64,000 nt of DNA from an uncultured Chloroflexia bacterium. GTDB lineage: Bacteria > Chloroflexota > Limnocylindria > QHBO01. Shown here piece by piece: positions 31,696 through 43,050 of the stretch (position 1 is the first letter of the stretch; every line of letters begins with the position of its first letter). The notes under the pieces were generated by a model. The model made no database searches, was not told the origin of the DNA, and saw only the letters and a program-made list of their open reading frames with translations. Location of the stretch: the NCBI GenBank assembly GCA_963827475.1, contig CAWHAZ010000007.1, positions 32,001 to 96,000 on the forward strand, in the 5' to 3' direction. Made by a program: the position numbers and the translations under genes.

Positions 31696-34600
31696 GTCCG
31701 GAGGTCCTCGGCCATCCGGCGCGTCTGCTCGGCATGCCATGCCAGGCCCATGTCCTCGAAGCGAGCGATCGCATCGGCCAACAGGTCGCGGTCCCTGCGG
31801 ACGACGCCCAGAGCCCGCACCGCGAATGGGGCGATGTACGAGTCGGGCCGGACCCACCGCGGGGCATCGGCCTCGATCCGCTCCCGATCGCCGAGCAGCG
31901 TGAGGCCATCAAGCATGGCGACCCATATGCTCCCAGCGGGTCAGGTACAGCCACGCTGGCTGGACCGAATCCACCACTCGGCGTACCTCCCCGAGATCGC
32001 CACGCGCGACGCGCCAAGCGCCAACCTCCATGACGAGTCGCATCCTTCCGTAGCCGACCATGCCGATCGACGTCGGCTTTGGCCTCCAGCCGCGACGCTT
32101 CTTCCTCGTCGCCGCCATGCACCACGCCAATCGCGGTCATCAGCAGGACCCCGACGTTGAACGGGCAGGGCGTGGCGAGGTTGGGCTCGACCCAGTCCTC
32201 GGCTTGACGCCACCAAGGCCCGCGACCGCTTCCCAGGCCCCGGCGGCGTATTCCAACCGCAGCCGCATCCCGAGGCCGTGCACTCGATGGTGTGGAGTCA
32301 GGCCAGCGACGGTTTCCTCCATGCGGACCGCCATGTCCCGCGCGTCGTCCAGCCGGCCGACGTTCACGTAGAAATCCGCGCGGCTCATCAGTGCGTCCGC
32401 AATGTGATCCGGATCGCCGATCGTCGGGGAGCAGCGTGGTGCGCGCGGCCGCCACCTCCAGGGCGCTCACCGAACTGATCGTTCTCCGCCAGAGCGCTCA
32501 TGCAATGGCCCGAGGCTCTCGAAACGCAGCTCGACGTCGCCCAGCTGGTCGGCTTCGGTCACCGCCGCGCGGGCAGCGTCCAGGTCATCGTGCCAGTAGG
32601 CGTTCGCCGCGAGCGCCCTCACGCGTGCGGGCGTGCCGGACGGAGCCGCTGTCAACGCCCGCTCGATCCAGCCTTCGACCAGGCTGTCGTCCAGGCGTTG
32701 CTTCCACATGCCGGCTCGCTGCGACGGTCTGGATAGGCGAGCTCCGGATAGACGAGCCCCTCCGGCGCACCCAGGTCGAGCGCTTTCTCCATGGCCGCCA
32801 CGAACCCCTCGCCGTCGTACTTCAGCGCGCTGGCGTGCCCGATGTCGTACCACAGCTCGGCCTGCTGCGCCACGATCCGGCTCCAGCGCGACCGCGCGGC
32901 GGAGGAGCGCCAACGCCTCGTCGATTTCGTAGCGACCTACAGCCAGCTCGGCCGCCCGGCGGGCCCAGCCACGGCAGCGGCCCGCAGCCGCTCCACCTCG
33001 GCGTCCTCGCCGGCCCACGCCAGGTCCTGGTTCTCGGGTCGGACCGCCTCGACGATAGTGGTGGGCGAGCAGCGGAGCCAGCTCGTCACGTCCCTCGGCG
33101 CTCCGCTCGAGCCAAGCCGCGAAGGCGGCATGCATCCGCGCCCGTCTGGCCTTGGGCAGGCTCCCGTACGCCACCTCCCGGGTCAGCGCGTGCTTGATGA
33201 CGTACTCGCGCTCGCCCGCCAGCGGTGGAGCCGGCGCGGCGTCGGACGAAGTCCCGCTCCTCCAGGAGACCGATGTTGGGGCTCTCCCCGGCAACCAGCT
33301 CGTACACCGGCCCGGTCCAGAACGTGCGCCCGATGACCGATGCCGCCTGCAGGGCCGCCTTCTCCGCCTCCGGAAGCAGGTCGATGCGCGCGGCGAGCAC
33401 GGCCTGGATCGAGTCGGGGACCTGAATCCCGGCCGGCAGCTCCCCGAACGCCCAAGCTGCCGTTGCTGCGCGTCAGCACGCCGCGGTCGATGAGGGTCCC
33501 CACCAGCTCCTCGACGAAGAACGGGTTGCCCTCGGCGCGCTCCACTACCAGGTCGCGGATCGGATCCGGAACCTCGGCCCCGAGTAGCTCGGCGCACCAG
33601 GCGATCGGTATCGGTGGCGGGCAGCGCCTCGAGGCGCATGGCCGAGGTGCGCTGCCACGCGCCGCCCCAGGCCGGGCGGCGGTCGAGCATCTCGGGGCGA
33701 GCAGTGACCAGGACGAGCAAGTGGGCCCTGGACCTGCGCAACCAGGGTGTCGAGGAGATCGCACAGGTCGTCCTCGGCCCAGTGCATGTCCTCGACCAGC
33801 AGGACCACCGGGCGCTCGCGGACCAGCTCGCCCAGGAACTCGACCCACGCGTCGTGGAGGCGTTCTCGCGCCACCAGCGGGTGGAGCTCCTCGTCGAGCG
33901 TCAGGCCGAGGGTCAGGCCAAGGTAGGGTCGGTCGGCCAGCGCTGCGGCGACGGCTTCGGGCGGGTCGCTCTCGGCGATCCCGAAGTGCTCCTTGAGCAC
34001 CTCGGCCAGGGGCCAGTAGGTCGTGCCCTGGCCGTATGACAGCGTGCGCCCGGTCCGTCGGATCGGCTCGGGAGCCTGCTGCTCAGCCAGCTCCAGATCT
34101 CGCGCGTGAGGCGGGTCTTGCCCACCCCGGCATCGCCCAGGATGGCCACCAGGTGGGGCTCGCGTTCGGCAACGACGCGCTGCGGTATCGGTTCTGGAGC
34201 TCCTGGAACTCGGCGTCGCGACCGACAAAGACCGATGGCATGGCCGCGGACGCCGCGTGGCCGCATGAGGGTGAGCGCGCGCACGACTCGCCGAGCGACG
34301 ATCCCGCCCGGCTTCCCCTTGGCCTCGATGGTCGCCGGGTCGCCGAACTCGAACGCGCCCTGCGGCGGCAGTGACCGTCCTCCCTCCGGCCAGGATCTCG
34401 CCCGGCGCAGCAGCCTGTTCCAGCCGGGCGGCGACGTTGACCGCGTCGCCGGTGACGAACGAGCTTCCCTCGCGCGGGCGCCCCACGACCACGTCGCCGG
34501 TGTTGACCCCGATCCGGAGGGCCAGCTGGTCCCCGAACAGCTCGGTCAGGCGGCGCTCCATGGCGAGGGCGGCGTGGAGCGCCCGCTCGGCGTGGTCCTC

Positions 34601-34828
34601 GAGCGCGGCCGGCGCGCCGAACGCGGCCATCACCGCGTCGCCGACGAATTTCTCGACCGTTCCTCCGCAGCGCTCGATCTCCTCGGTCATGGCGTCGTAG
34701 AAGCGGTTCAGGACGAGGCGGGTTCGCTCCGGGTCCTCCTCATCGGCGAGGGCCGTCGAGCCGACCAGGTCGGCGAACAGGACGGTCGCGAGCTTGCGTT
34801 CCTCGCTCGCGGGCTCGGCGTCGGGCAC
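31692..34828 (-). CDS. Class III cyclase + STAND ATPase + TPR-like protein, copy 4 (no Zn ribbon; many frameshifts)
   Basis: VLFADLVGST, EKFVGDAVMAAFG, GDAVNVAARLE, GDAGVGKT, LVEDMHW, GNPFFVEE, HALTREVAY across frames. Confidence 0.85.
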
Positions 34829-34870
34829 GTCGGCATCGTAGTCCCGCCGGGACCGGCGGGATGCACTGGC

Positions 34871-35417
34871 TCAGGCCGGCTGGTCGGTCTCCCTGGGCCC
34901 GAAGAAGCCGCGGGCCAGAACCAGCAGGCCGAGCCCGATGAGGACGGCGGGCATGGCCCACTCCGGCAGCGGGATCAGGCCCCCGGACAGGCCGATGACC
35001 TCCTCGAAGAACAGGTAGAAGCCAGCCAGCAGGGCCAGGCCGATGACGATCTGCCACAGGCCGGAGCTTCGCTCCTCGGCGCTCCCGGTCCGCACCCCGC
35101 CCAGGAACGAACCGATACCGGCGGCGGTCGGAATGAGCGCCCAGATCCACGCCCATGTCGCCCACAGCCCGGTCGCGTTCTGCCAGGCCAGGATGAGACC
35201 GATGGTGGCGACCACGCTGCCGCCGATCAGCATCCCGGTGTTGGGCAGGACCAGCCCGAGCACGAACAGCACCGCGCCGGGGGCGATGACGAACCACGGC
35301 CACAGGTCCATGCCCTCGAACGCGTCGAGGTAGCGCATCGCCAGGAAGGCGAGACCGATGACGATCAGCAGCGCGCCCGAGGACGACGCCCGGCGGTGCC
35401 TGGCGCTGGGCGGTCAT
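34871..35417 (-). CDS. Membrane protein (LiaF/LiaI-like; frameshift near 35385)
   Basis: GALLIVIG, LWPWFVIAPG, WATWAWIWALIP, PAVLIGLG, several TM helices. Confidence 0.65.
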
Positions 35418-36412
35418 GGGCTGATGCTACCGCCCACCACCCCCTCGAAGGAAGCGTCGTCCACGTTGCCGCCGGTGACGACGACCGCTACCCGACGCCC
35501 GGTCAGGGTCCCGAGCTTCCCCTGCTGGAGGGCGGCGATGCCGAGCGCGGCACTGCCTTCCAGTCGCTGCCGCGGTCCGCTCCAGGCCCAGCGCATGGCC
35601 GCCGCGATCGGCTCCTCGCCGACGACGACCACCTCGTCGACCAGGCGCCGGACGAGGCGGAAGGTGATCGAGCCGCGCTCGATGTTGCCCGCGACCCCGT
35701 CGGCGAGGGTCGGCCCGATCGGGACCCATTTCGCGCGCCCGGTGCCCAGGTACGCGTGCATCGGGGGCGAGGCCTCCGGCTGGACGCCGACCAGCCGAAT
35801 CTTCGGGTTGACGGTCTTGACCCACAGGCCGATGCCGCTGATCAGCCCGCCGCCACCGACCGGCACGACCACGGTGTCGACGTCCGGCCACTCCTCGACG
35901 ATCTCCAGGCCCACCGTGCCCTGGCCGGCCACGACATCGGGGTGGTTGTACGGGGGGACGTACACGGCCGCTCCCAGGTCGTGGCGGCGGCGCGCCTCGG
36001 GCTCGGTGTCATCGGTGTCGCGGCCGAAGATCTCGACCGTGCATCGGTCTGTTTCCAGCTCGCGCAGGCGCTCGAGCTTGGCGGGGGAGACCGATCCACC
36101 GACGAGGATCGTGACCGGCAGGCCGTGGCGGCCGGCCGCGCGTGCCATGGCGATGCCGTGGTTGCCGCTGCTGGCGGTGACCAGGGGCAGACCCGTCCCG
36201 CCGGCCGCAATGGCGGCCACGGCCGATTCCGCGCCGCGGACCTTGAACGAGCCGGTCGGCTGGAGGTTCTCGAGCTTCAGACGGACCTCGTCCGCGCCCG
36301 CGTACTGCGCGAGGGGCGGCGAGGCGAGGAGCGGCGTCCGGCTGGCGGCGTCGCCGATGCGGCGTCGCGCGCGGAGGACGTCGAGAGCGATCGGCAACGG
36401 GGGTGGTGCCAC
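35414..36412 (-). CDS. Threonine/serine dehydratase family PLP enzyme (no ACT domain)
   Basis: KLENLQPTGSFKVRG, ASSGNHG, AGQGT, VPVGGGGL, TGGNVD. Confidence 0.9.
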   Translation of the reverse strand: MAPPPLPIALDVLRARRRIGDAASRTPLLASPPLAQYAGADEVRLKLENLQPTGSFKVRGAESAVAAIAAGGTGLPLVTASSGNHGIAMARAAGRHGLPVTILVGGSVSPAKLERLRELETDRCTVEIFGRDTDDTEPEARRRHDLGAAVYVPPYNHPDVVAGQGTVGLEIVEEWPDVDTVVVPVGGGGLISGIGLWVKTVNPKIRLVGVQPEASPPMHAYLGTGRAKWVPIGPTLADGVAGNIERGSITFRLVRRLVDEVVVVGEEPIAAAMRWAWSGPRQRLEGSAALGIAALQQGKLGTLTGRRVAVVVTGGNVDDASFEGVVGGSISP

Positions 36413-36421
36413 CCCCGCAGT

Positions 36422-36766
36422 CTATGCGGGCTCTGGAACCTTCTCGGCGATGTCCCCGAGCCGGTGGGCAATGCGCATCAGCGATGAGATCCGGTCTTCG
36501 GCGCGTGCCCGCTCGGCGGGCGTGGCCCAGTAGCGCAGCGCGTAGTCGATCTCCTGCTTGTGCCGGGTCGCGAGCATGAACAGCTCCTCGACCTCGGGCG
36601 GCGGGAGATCGTCGGCGGCGAGCGCCAGGCGGCGGAATTCCAGGACGTCGACGTAATACGACGTTGCCAACCGATCCAGGTCCCGTTGGGCGTCACGCGG
36701 CCACGGCTCGGGCGGTCCGCCGAATCCATAGCGGCGCCAGGTCTGGGGCTCCACGGAGGTCGGCAT
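36422..36766 (-). CDS. Hypothetical protein (114 aa, helical)
   Basis: High-GC3 ORF with a purine-rich RBS (GAGGAAAGGGGAG). No recognised motif. Confidence 0.7.
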   Translation of the reverse strand: MPTSVEPQTWRRYGFGGPPEPWPRDAQRDLDRLATSYYVDVLEFRRLALAADDLPPPEVEELFMLATRHKQEIDYALRYWATPAERARAEDRISSLMRIAHRLGDIAEKVPEPA

Positions 36767-36951
36767 GGTTGCAGGACTCCCCTTTCCTCAATATTCGGCT
36801 GCTTCAGTTCAGCGCCCTGACGGTACCGATGTCTCTCCGGGGCGCGAAGTCGCCCTCTCGGGCTACGAGTGACGGGACGATCGGCGCCCGGGACCCGCAT
36901 GGCCCATTCGGGGTCCTCCGCGGGCCCTTTGTTAGAATCGGCCGGCCTCGT

Positions 36952-37026
36952 TGGGGTGTGGCCAAGTGGTAAGGCGCCTGACTCTGGATCAGGAGATCGA
37001 AGGTTCGAATCCTTCCGCCCCAGCCA
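36952..37026 (+). tRNA. tRNA-Gln (anticodon CTG)
   Basis: TGGGGTG/CGCCCCA acceptor stem, D-arm GCCAAGTGGTAAGGC, anticodon arm CCTGA-CTCTGGA-TCAGG, GGTTCGAATCC T-loop, encoded CCA. TAGAAT -10 at 36933. Confidence 0.97.
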
Positions 37027-37045
37027 ACTCTGCAGAGCGAAATGG

Positions 37046-37402
37046 ATGACTGAGCAGGCCGTTCGCGAACACGCGCAGGCATTCTGTGACGCGCTCATCG
37101 CCGGCGACATCGGCCAGGCGGCCGAACAGATGAGCCGTGAGCTGCGCGCGAACCTCGGCCCGATCGTGGCCATGCTGCCGCTCCCGCTGACCGAAGGCAC
37201 GATTGCATCGGTCGAAACGACCGGCTCCGGATACCGCGCTGTGCTGAGCCTGGTTGGGGAGAGTGAAACCGTTCAGCTCGAAACTCGATGGAAGGAGCGG
37301 GACGGTCGGCAGACCATGGTCGAGGCCAGCCGTGTTCACGAGGAGCCGGCTCCGGAGGCGGCTCTCGCCGAAGACGATGTCGGGACAGCCCCGTCCGGTT
37401 GA
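37046..37402 (+). CDS. Hypothetical protein (possibly NTF2-like fold)
   Basis: MTEQAVREHAQAFCDALIAGD...VQLETRWKERDGR. Fold guessed from the helix-then-strands pattern. Confidence 0.65.
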   Translation: MTEQAVREHAQAFCDALIAGDIGQAAEQMSRELRANLGPIVAMLPLPLTEGTIASVETTGSGYRAVLSLVGESETVQLETRWKERDGRQTMVEASRVHEEPAPEAALAEDDVGTAPSG

Positions 37403-37413
37403 CCCGGCTGTCC

Positions 37414-37836
37414 TTGAGCAAACCAGATAGCGATCCCGCCCGGATCACCGCGTCCGCGGTGTCACTCAACGTCGCCGACCCCGAGGCATCCGCCGCGTTC
37501 GCCCGGGACCACCTTGGCTTTCTCGGTCGAGATGTCCGCTGAAGGATTCACGTCGCTCTCGAGGCCCGACGCCGGGCTTCAACCTGGTCTTCCTGCGCAC
37601 TCGGGCTGGAGACGTTCAAGCCACCCGCACTGGCCGGGCGATCAGCCGATGGCCTGCTCGTCGTGTTCGTGGTCGACGACGTGGACGCGGAGTACGAGCG
37701 CCTTCAGGCCGAGACGTCCCGATCACGACCCCGATCGAGACCGAGCCGTGGGGCGAGCGCTACTTCCAGGTGACCGATCCGAACGGCGTGACCTACCAGC
37801 TCGTCCAGTGGGTCACGGAGCCAGCCAGATCCTTGA
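37414..37836 (+). CDS. VOC/glyoxalase family protein (several frameshifts)
   Basis: SLNVADPEASAAF, VFVVDDVDAEYERL, EPWGERYFQVTDPNGV. Confidence 0.75.
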
Positions 37837-37887
37837 CCCGATTTCCCGAGGTCCATATGCTGGAACCATGTCCAGACATCCGGAACG
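37829..37887 (+). promoter_or_regulatory. Promoter and putative IclR operator of CoA-transferase operon
   Basis: TTGACC(37833)-17bp-TATGCT(37856), then after 8 nt GTCCA-GACATC-CGGAACG (37870-37887). Confidence 0.7.
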
Positions 37888-37918
37888 CTGCGACGTGGAC
37901 GGGGGCGCCGGAAGGCCG

Positions 37919-39128
37919 ATGGCGCAACGAGGCCCGTTGGCTGACCTCCGGGTTCTGGAACTCGGCACCCTGATTGCCGGACCCCTCGCCGGCCGCATCT
38001 TCGCGGACTTCGGCGCGGAGGTCATCAAGATCGAGCACCCGGACCGGGGAGACCCGCTCCGGAAGTGGGGGATGACGTGGGACGGCACCGACTCGCTGTG
38101 GCACCTCGTCCAATCGCGCGGCAAGCTGTCGGTGGCCGCCGATCTCCATGACCCGGCCGACCAGGACTTCGTCCGCCAGCTCGCCGCGGAGAGCGACATC
38201 CTCATCGAGAACTTCCGGCCCGGTCGGCTCGAGTCGTGGAACCTGGACCCCGAGGACCTGATCGGGCTCAATCCCCGCCTCATCGTGATGCGGATTTCGG
38301 GGTACGGCCAGACGGGGCCTTTGCGGAATCAACCGGCGTTCGGGACGATTGCCGAGGCGGCCGGGGGACTGCGCTTCATCACCGGGGAGCCGGACCGCCC
38401 GCCGGCGAGGGTGGGGCTCAGCCTGGGCGATTCGATCGCGTCGCTGCAGGCGGTGGTCGGATGCCTGATCGCCCTCCACGAGCGAGGAATCTCCGGCCGA
38501 GGGCAGGTGGTGGACGTCGCGCTGACCGAGGCCCTCTTCTCTATTGCTCGAGGGGATCCTCCCGGAGTACGGCTACTTCGGGGTCGTGCGCGAGCGCACC
38601 GGAAACATCGCCCACAACTCGGCGCCGACCAACGTGTACGCATGCGCCGACGGGGAATCGGTATGCATCGCGGCCAACACCGCCCGGCTGTTCCGATCGC
38701 TCTTCACGATCATCGGTCGAGAAGACGCCGCTTCCGACCCGGTCCTGGCCACCAACGAAGGGCGCGTGGAGCGCGCTGCCGAGCTCGATGCCGCCATCGC
38801 GGCCTGGACAAGATCAAGGACTGCCGACGAGGTCGTTGAGACGCTGCGCGCCCACCAGGTGCCCGTGAGCCGGATCAACACCGTCGCCGACATCGCTGCG
38901 GACCCGCAGTTCCTGGCTCGGGACATGCTTGTCCAGGTGGAAGACGACCGCCTCGAGCGTCCGCTCCTCGTCCCCGGCGTGGTGCCCAAGCTGTCCCGGA
39001 CACCCGGGCGCGTCCCGCACCTGGCCCAGGAGCTGGGAGCCTCCACGGAGGCGATTCGCCGCCGGACTCGGACGGCGAGGCGACGCGGAGGCTCCGCGGA
39101 GCCGGCCGCCTCGGAAGCGACTCGCTAG
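37919..39128 (+). CDS. Family III CoA-transferase (CaiB/BaiF; frameshift near 38545)
   Basis: LRVLELGTLIAGP, DFGAEVIKIE, IENFRPG, RISGYGQTGP, LGDSIA (catalytic Asp), GQVVDVAL, PKLSRTPG. Confidence 0.92.
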
Positions 39129-39139
39129 CGTTCCCTCGA

Positions 39140-40112
39140 GTGGGAATCGTCCAGACATTCCGCGGGCCGATCGACTCGGCCGGTCTGGGGCCAACCTTGA
39201 TCCACGAGCACGTCTTCGTGCGCAATTTCGAGCTCGAGGTGAACCTTCCCGATCCGGAGTGGGATCGGCAGCAGGCGGTCGCGGCCGCCGTCGCCGGCCT
39301 CACCGATCTGTTCAGCCTCGGGGTTGGCACCGTGGTCGACCTCACGGTCCCGGGACTGGGCCGCGACGTTTCGCTCGTCGGCGAGGTCGCCGACCAGGTC
39401 CCCGTCCACCTGGTCGCGTCGACCGGGTGGTACACGCCGAACGTCCTGCCGACGTATTTCCAGTTCCACGGACCGGGGCGCGCGATCGAGGGACCCGACC
39501 GGCTCACCGAGCTGTTCGTGCGCGACATCACCGAGGGGATCGGTGGGACGCGCGTGCGAGCCGGCATGCTGAAGGTCATGACCGATGGCGACGGGATCAC
39601 ACCGGACGTCGCCCGGGTGATGGCGGCAGCCGCGCTGGCCCACCAGGAAACCGGCGTGGCCATCACCACGCATTCCCTCCCCGCGTCGCGGAACGGGATC
39701 GACCAGCAGTCGTTTCTCGTTGCGCGCGGCGTGCCGCCAGACCGCATCATCATCGGCCACTCCGGCGACAGCGAGGACCTCGACTACCTGAGGGCGCTCA
39801 TGGACAACGGCTCGACGATCGGGATGGACCGCTTCGGGATGGAGCAGGTCCTGCCCGATGATCGGCGCATCAGGACGGTGCTCACCCTCCTCGAATCGGG
39901 ATACGCCGACCGGATGGTTCTCTCCCACGACGCGGCCTTCTACAGCCACGTCACGCCGCCATCCTGGCGGGCGGCATCCGCGCCCCGGTGGCGGATGGAC
40001 ACCATCCACCGCGAGATCCTGCCGGGCCTTCGGGATGCCGGTGTTGCCGAGGACGCGATCGAGCAGATGCTCACGCGTCAATCCTCGGCGTCTGCTGGAG
40101 CCACAGGCATGA
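39140..40112 (+). CDS. Phosphotriesterase-related protein / lactonase
   Basis: HEH, LK (carbamylated Lys), TTH, IGH, LSHD metal ligands. Likely true end VNPRRLLEPQA* lies in a shifted frame. Confidence 0.88.
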
Positions 40113-41089
40113 AGGCTGCCCTGCTCGTCCGTCCCGGTGAACTCACGGTCGACGACATCCCGGACCCATCGGTCGGCCCCGATGACGTCGAGATCGCCGT
40201 CGGCGGCGTCGGTCTGTGTGGATCGGACCTGAGCGTCTTCAGTGGTCACTGGCAGGCCCCGGAGTACCCCTGGGTGATGGGGCACGAGATCTTCGGCACG
40301 GTGGTCGGCGTTGGACCCGGAGTTTCGCCGGAGCGGGTGGGAGAAACGGTCGTCGTCGAGCCCAACATCGCCTGCCTCACCTGCGCCCAGTGCCAGCGTG
40401 GGTGGACCTCGGCCTGCGTGTCTCGACAGTCAATCGGCATGAATCGCCAGGGTGGCCTTGCCGAACGGCTCGTCGTACCCGCTCGCTTCGCGTGGGCGAT
40501 CCGAGGGCTGGGGCCCACGGACCTCGTCTGCGTCGAGCCAGCGACGGTGGCCCTCGCCGCCCTGCGACGCCTGGGCTCGCCGTTGCCGTCCTCCGCCCTG
40601 GTCGTCGGCGCGGGCGCCCAGGGGCTGCTGATGTCGCTCGTTCTCCAGCACCGCGGGACCGGCGTCGACGTGTTCGACATCAACCCAGATCGCCTTGCCT
40701 TCGCGGCCGATCTCGGCGCCCGTCCGCTCGATCTGCAGCCGGATCGCCGGTTCGACCTGGTCGTCGACACGGTCGGCTCTCCCGGATCGATCGAGACCGC
40801 GCTGGGTTCCATCGCGGTGGGCGGGACGCTGCTGATCCTCGGCCTGGACGACCGCCCGTTGGGCCTCACCGCCCAGACCCTGGTCCGCCGCCAGCTCGTG
40901 GTCCGCGGCTCGCTGACGTACGACCACCCCGAGGACTTCGCTGCCTCGGTCGCGGCCATCTCGGAGCGCCGCCTGGTGCCAGGTCGAATCGTCCGCCACG
41001 CGTACGCGCTGGAGGAGGTCCAGGCGGCCTTCGAGCAGGGCGCTTCCGTTGCCGGGAAATCGTGGATTCGCATCGGCGGAGAGGGATGA
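40109..41089 (+). CDS. Zinc-dependent dehydrogenase (sugar-alcohol/threonine dehydrogenase-like)
   Basis: GLCGSD, GHE, CLTCAQC..C, VEP, GAGAQG. ATGA overlap with the PTE stop. Confidence 0.9.
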   Translation: MKAALLVRPGELTVDDIPDPSVGPDDVEIAVGGVGLCGSDLSVFSGHWQAPEYPWVMGHEIFGTVVGVGPGVSPERVGETVVVEPNIACLTCAQCQRGWTSACVSRQSIGMNRQGGLAERLVVPARFAWAIRGLGPTDLVCVEPATVALAALRRLGSPLPSSALVVGAGAQGLLMSLVLQHRGTGVDVFDINPDRLAFAADLGARPLDLQPDRRFDLVVDTVGSPGSIETALGSIAVGGTLLILGLDDRPLGLTAQTLVRRQLVVRGSLTYDHPEDFAASVAAISERRLVPGRIVRHAYALEEVQAAFEQGASVAGKSWIRIGGEG

Positions 41090-41092
41090 CGA

Positions 41093-41162
41093 ATCCTTGA
41101 CCCGGGCCTCGCCCGTCCCGTATCCTAGTCCGGTGTCCAACTATGCGGAACGATCGTTCCGC
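41093..41162 (+). promoter_or_regulatory. Promoter and putative IclR operator of TRAP operon
   Basis: TTGACC(41097)-18bp-TATCCT(41121), then after 8 nt GTCCA-ACTATG-CGGAACG. Overlaps a perfect 18 bp palindrome GCGGAACGATCGTTCCGC (41145-41162). Confidence 0.7.
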
Positions 41163-41254
41163 GCGACACAGGCGCTCAGATGTCCCAGAGCCGTGTGCCC
41201 TCGCAAGCTTGTCCAGGCGGTTCCGTGACCAGTGCATCAAGGAAGGGAGATTCC

Positions 41255-42307
41255 ATGAGCAGGCGTAACCGATCCCTCATCTTCGTGGTGACCGCGCTCC
41301 TCGTGCTGACGGCCTGCCAGAGCAGCGCCAGCGGGGAGCCCTCGGCCGACGCCAGCAGCGCGGCCAGCGAGCCCGCGGCGTCGGAAGCGGCGCAGGAGCC
41401 CTTCGAGCTCAGCCTCGCGCACTCGTACCAGCCCGCCCAGCCCCAGGTCGTCTGTGGCGCCGACATCATCAAGGAAGAGGTCGAGGCCGCGGACGTTGGG
41501 ATCACGATCGAGATCTTCGGGGCCAGCGAGCTGGGCCCAGACGCCGACCGCATCCAGTCGGTCATCGCCGGTGACATCGACATGGACATCCAGGGCGCAT
41601 CGGCCCTGAGTGCCGTCTACGCGCCGATGAGTGCCGTCGACGGCGCGTTCGTCTTCGACGACAGCGCGCACATGTACACGTTCTTCTCGGGCGACGCCTC
41701 GGATCCACTGACGGAGGGCTTCGAGGAGGAGACCGGCGTCCACATCCTCGGTGCGTGGAATACAGGCGCCCGGCAGTTCACGGCGAACGTTCCGATTCGA
41801 TCTCCCGCCGACCTCGAGGGGCTCCGGATGCGGTTCCCGCCGTCGCCGCAGTTCCTCATGAATGCGGCCGCGATGGGCGCCGAGCCCGTCGAGGTTGCCT
41901 TCGAGGACCTATACCTCGCTCTCCAGCAGGGCACGGTGGATGGCCAGGAGAACCCGATCACGAACATCGACGCCATCAACCTCGATGAGGTTCAGAGCCA
42001 CATCAGTCTGTCGAGCCACCAGCTCAGCTCGAACCTCGTGATCATTGGCGAGGTGTGGAACGAGCTCAGCACGGTCCAGCAGGACGCTCTGGCCGCCGCC
42101 GTGGAGGAGGCGATGGTTGAGGAGCCGGTGTGCGCCGCGGAGACCGAGGACGAGATCAAGGCTACGTGGGAAGCAGACGGAACGATGGAGATCGTGGATG
42201 ACGTCGACCGCGACGCCTTCCGCGAAATGGCAGAGCCGTACCTGCGGGAGAACTTCACTCCTGAGCAGGTCGAGGTTCTGGACGCCATCCGCTCGACCGC
42301 GGAGTAG
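41255..42307 (+). CDS. dctP: TRAP transporter substrate-binding lipoprotein
   Basis: Lipobox LTAC, GARQF, DLEGLRMR, LYLALQQGTVDGQENP. Confidence 0.93.
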   Translation: MSRRNRSLIFVVTALLVLTACQSSASGEPSADASSAASEPAASEAAQEPFELSLAHSYQPAQPQVVCGADIIKEEVEAADVGITIEIFGASELGPDADRIQSVIAGDIDMDIQGASALSAVYAPMSAVDGAFVFDDSAHMYTFFSGDASDPLTEGFEEETGVHILGAWNTGARQFTANVPIRSPADLEGLRMRFPPSPQFLMNAAAMGAEPVEVAFEDLYLALQQGTVDGQENPITNIDAINLDEVQSHISLSSHQLSSNLVIIGEVWNELSTVQQDALAAAVEEAMVEEPVCAAETEDEIKATWEADGTMEIVDDVDRDAFREMAEPYLRENFTPEQVEVLDAIRSTAE

Positions 42308-42314
42308 CATCGGC

Positions 42315-42350
42315 ACTCGGTGTCCGGGGACCCAACCCCGGGCACCGAGT
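42315..42350 (+). other. Intergenic hairpin after dctP (mRNA stabiliser or attenuator)
   Basis: ACTCGGTGTCCGGGG / CCCCGGGCACCGAGT 15 bp stem, no U-tract. Confidence 0.6.
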
Positions 42351-42420
42351 CCACCTCCAGGCCCGGCATCTCACTATGGGGTGAAGCCGGTCACGGTCAC
42401 CGGAGGAAGGTGAGCTCCTG

Positions 42421-43050
42421 ATGGCCCCTGACGATCGCCGCCCTGATGACCCTGCCGACGTGTCGGTCGAGTCAGTTTTCGAGTCAGAGCCGCCGACCGA
42501 AACCGAGCTTTTCGAGGAGAACCTGCACCCGGAGATCCTGCCCGGGCGGGAGCCGTGGCGCTCGATCGTGCATGGGATCGGCATCGTCGAGCAGGCGGTC
42601 GGGGCGTTCCTCATCCTCGTCATCCTGGTCCTGGTCGTATCCCTCGTCGCCCAGCGGTATCTCCCCGGTGTCAGCCTGCCGTGGACCGGGGAGGTCGCGC
42701 GGCTCTCGATGGTGTGGGCCACGTTCGTCATGTCCGGCTACCTCGCCTCGCGCGACCGGCACATCGCCATCCACCTCGTCGACTACGTGCTGAAGGGACG
42801 AGCGTTGGCGGCGATCAAGCTCGCCGCCAACGTCGTCGTGTTCGTCACCTGCGTGGGCCTCGTCTACGCCACGATCCAGCTGCTGGCCGATGACGTGGGC
42901 CAGGTCACACCGGCGGCCGAGATCCCCCTGCTGATCGTGAATTCGGTACCGATCGTCGGGTTCAGCCTCACCGCGCTGCGAGCGGCGCTCGCCATGGCGG
43001 TCATCGACCTCCCGGCCCTGCGACGACCGTCAGAGAGCGCCCCCGCGTGA
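42421..43050 (+). CDS. dctQ: TRAP transporter small permease
   Basis: 4 TM helices, WTGEVAR, HIAI, located between dctP and dctM. Confidence 0.9.
   Translation: MAPDDRRPDDPADVSVESVFESEPPTETELFEENLHPEILPGREPWRSIVHGIGIVEQAVGAFLILVILVLVVSLVAQRYLPGVSLPWTGEVARLSMVWATFVMSGYLASRDRHIAIHLVDYVLKGRALAAIKLAANVVVFVTCVGLVYATIQLLADDVGQVTPAAEIPLLIVNSVPIVGFSLTALRAALAMAVIDLPALRRPSESAPA

Noticed and set aside
39140-41089. 649-aa PTE-dehydrogenase fusion ORF
   Set aside because: The typical PTE C-terminus VNPRRLL ends at TGA 40112 in another frame and overlaps the dehydrogenase ATG (ATGA). The fusion is best explained by an indel near 40075.
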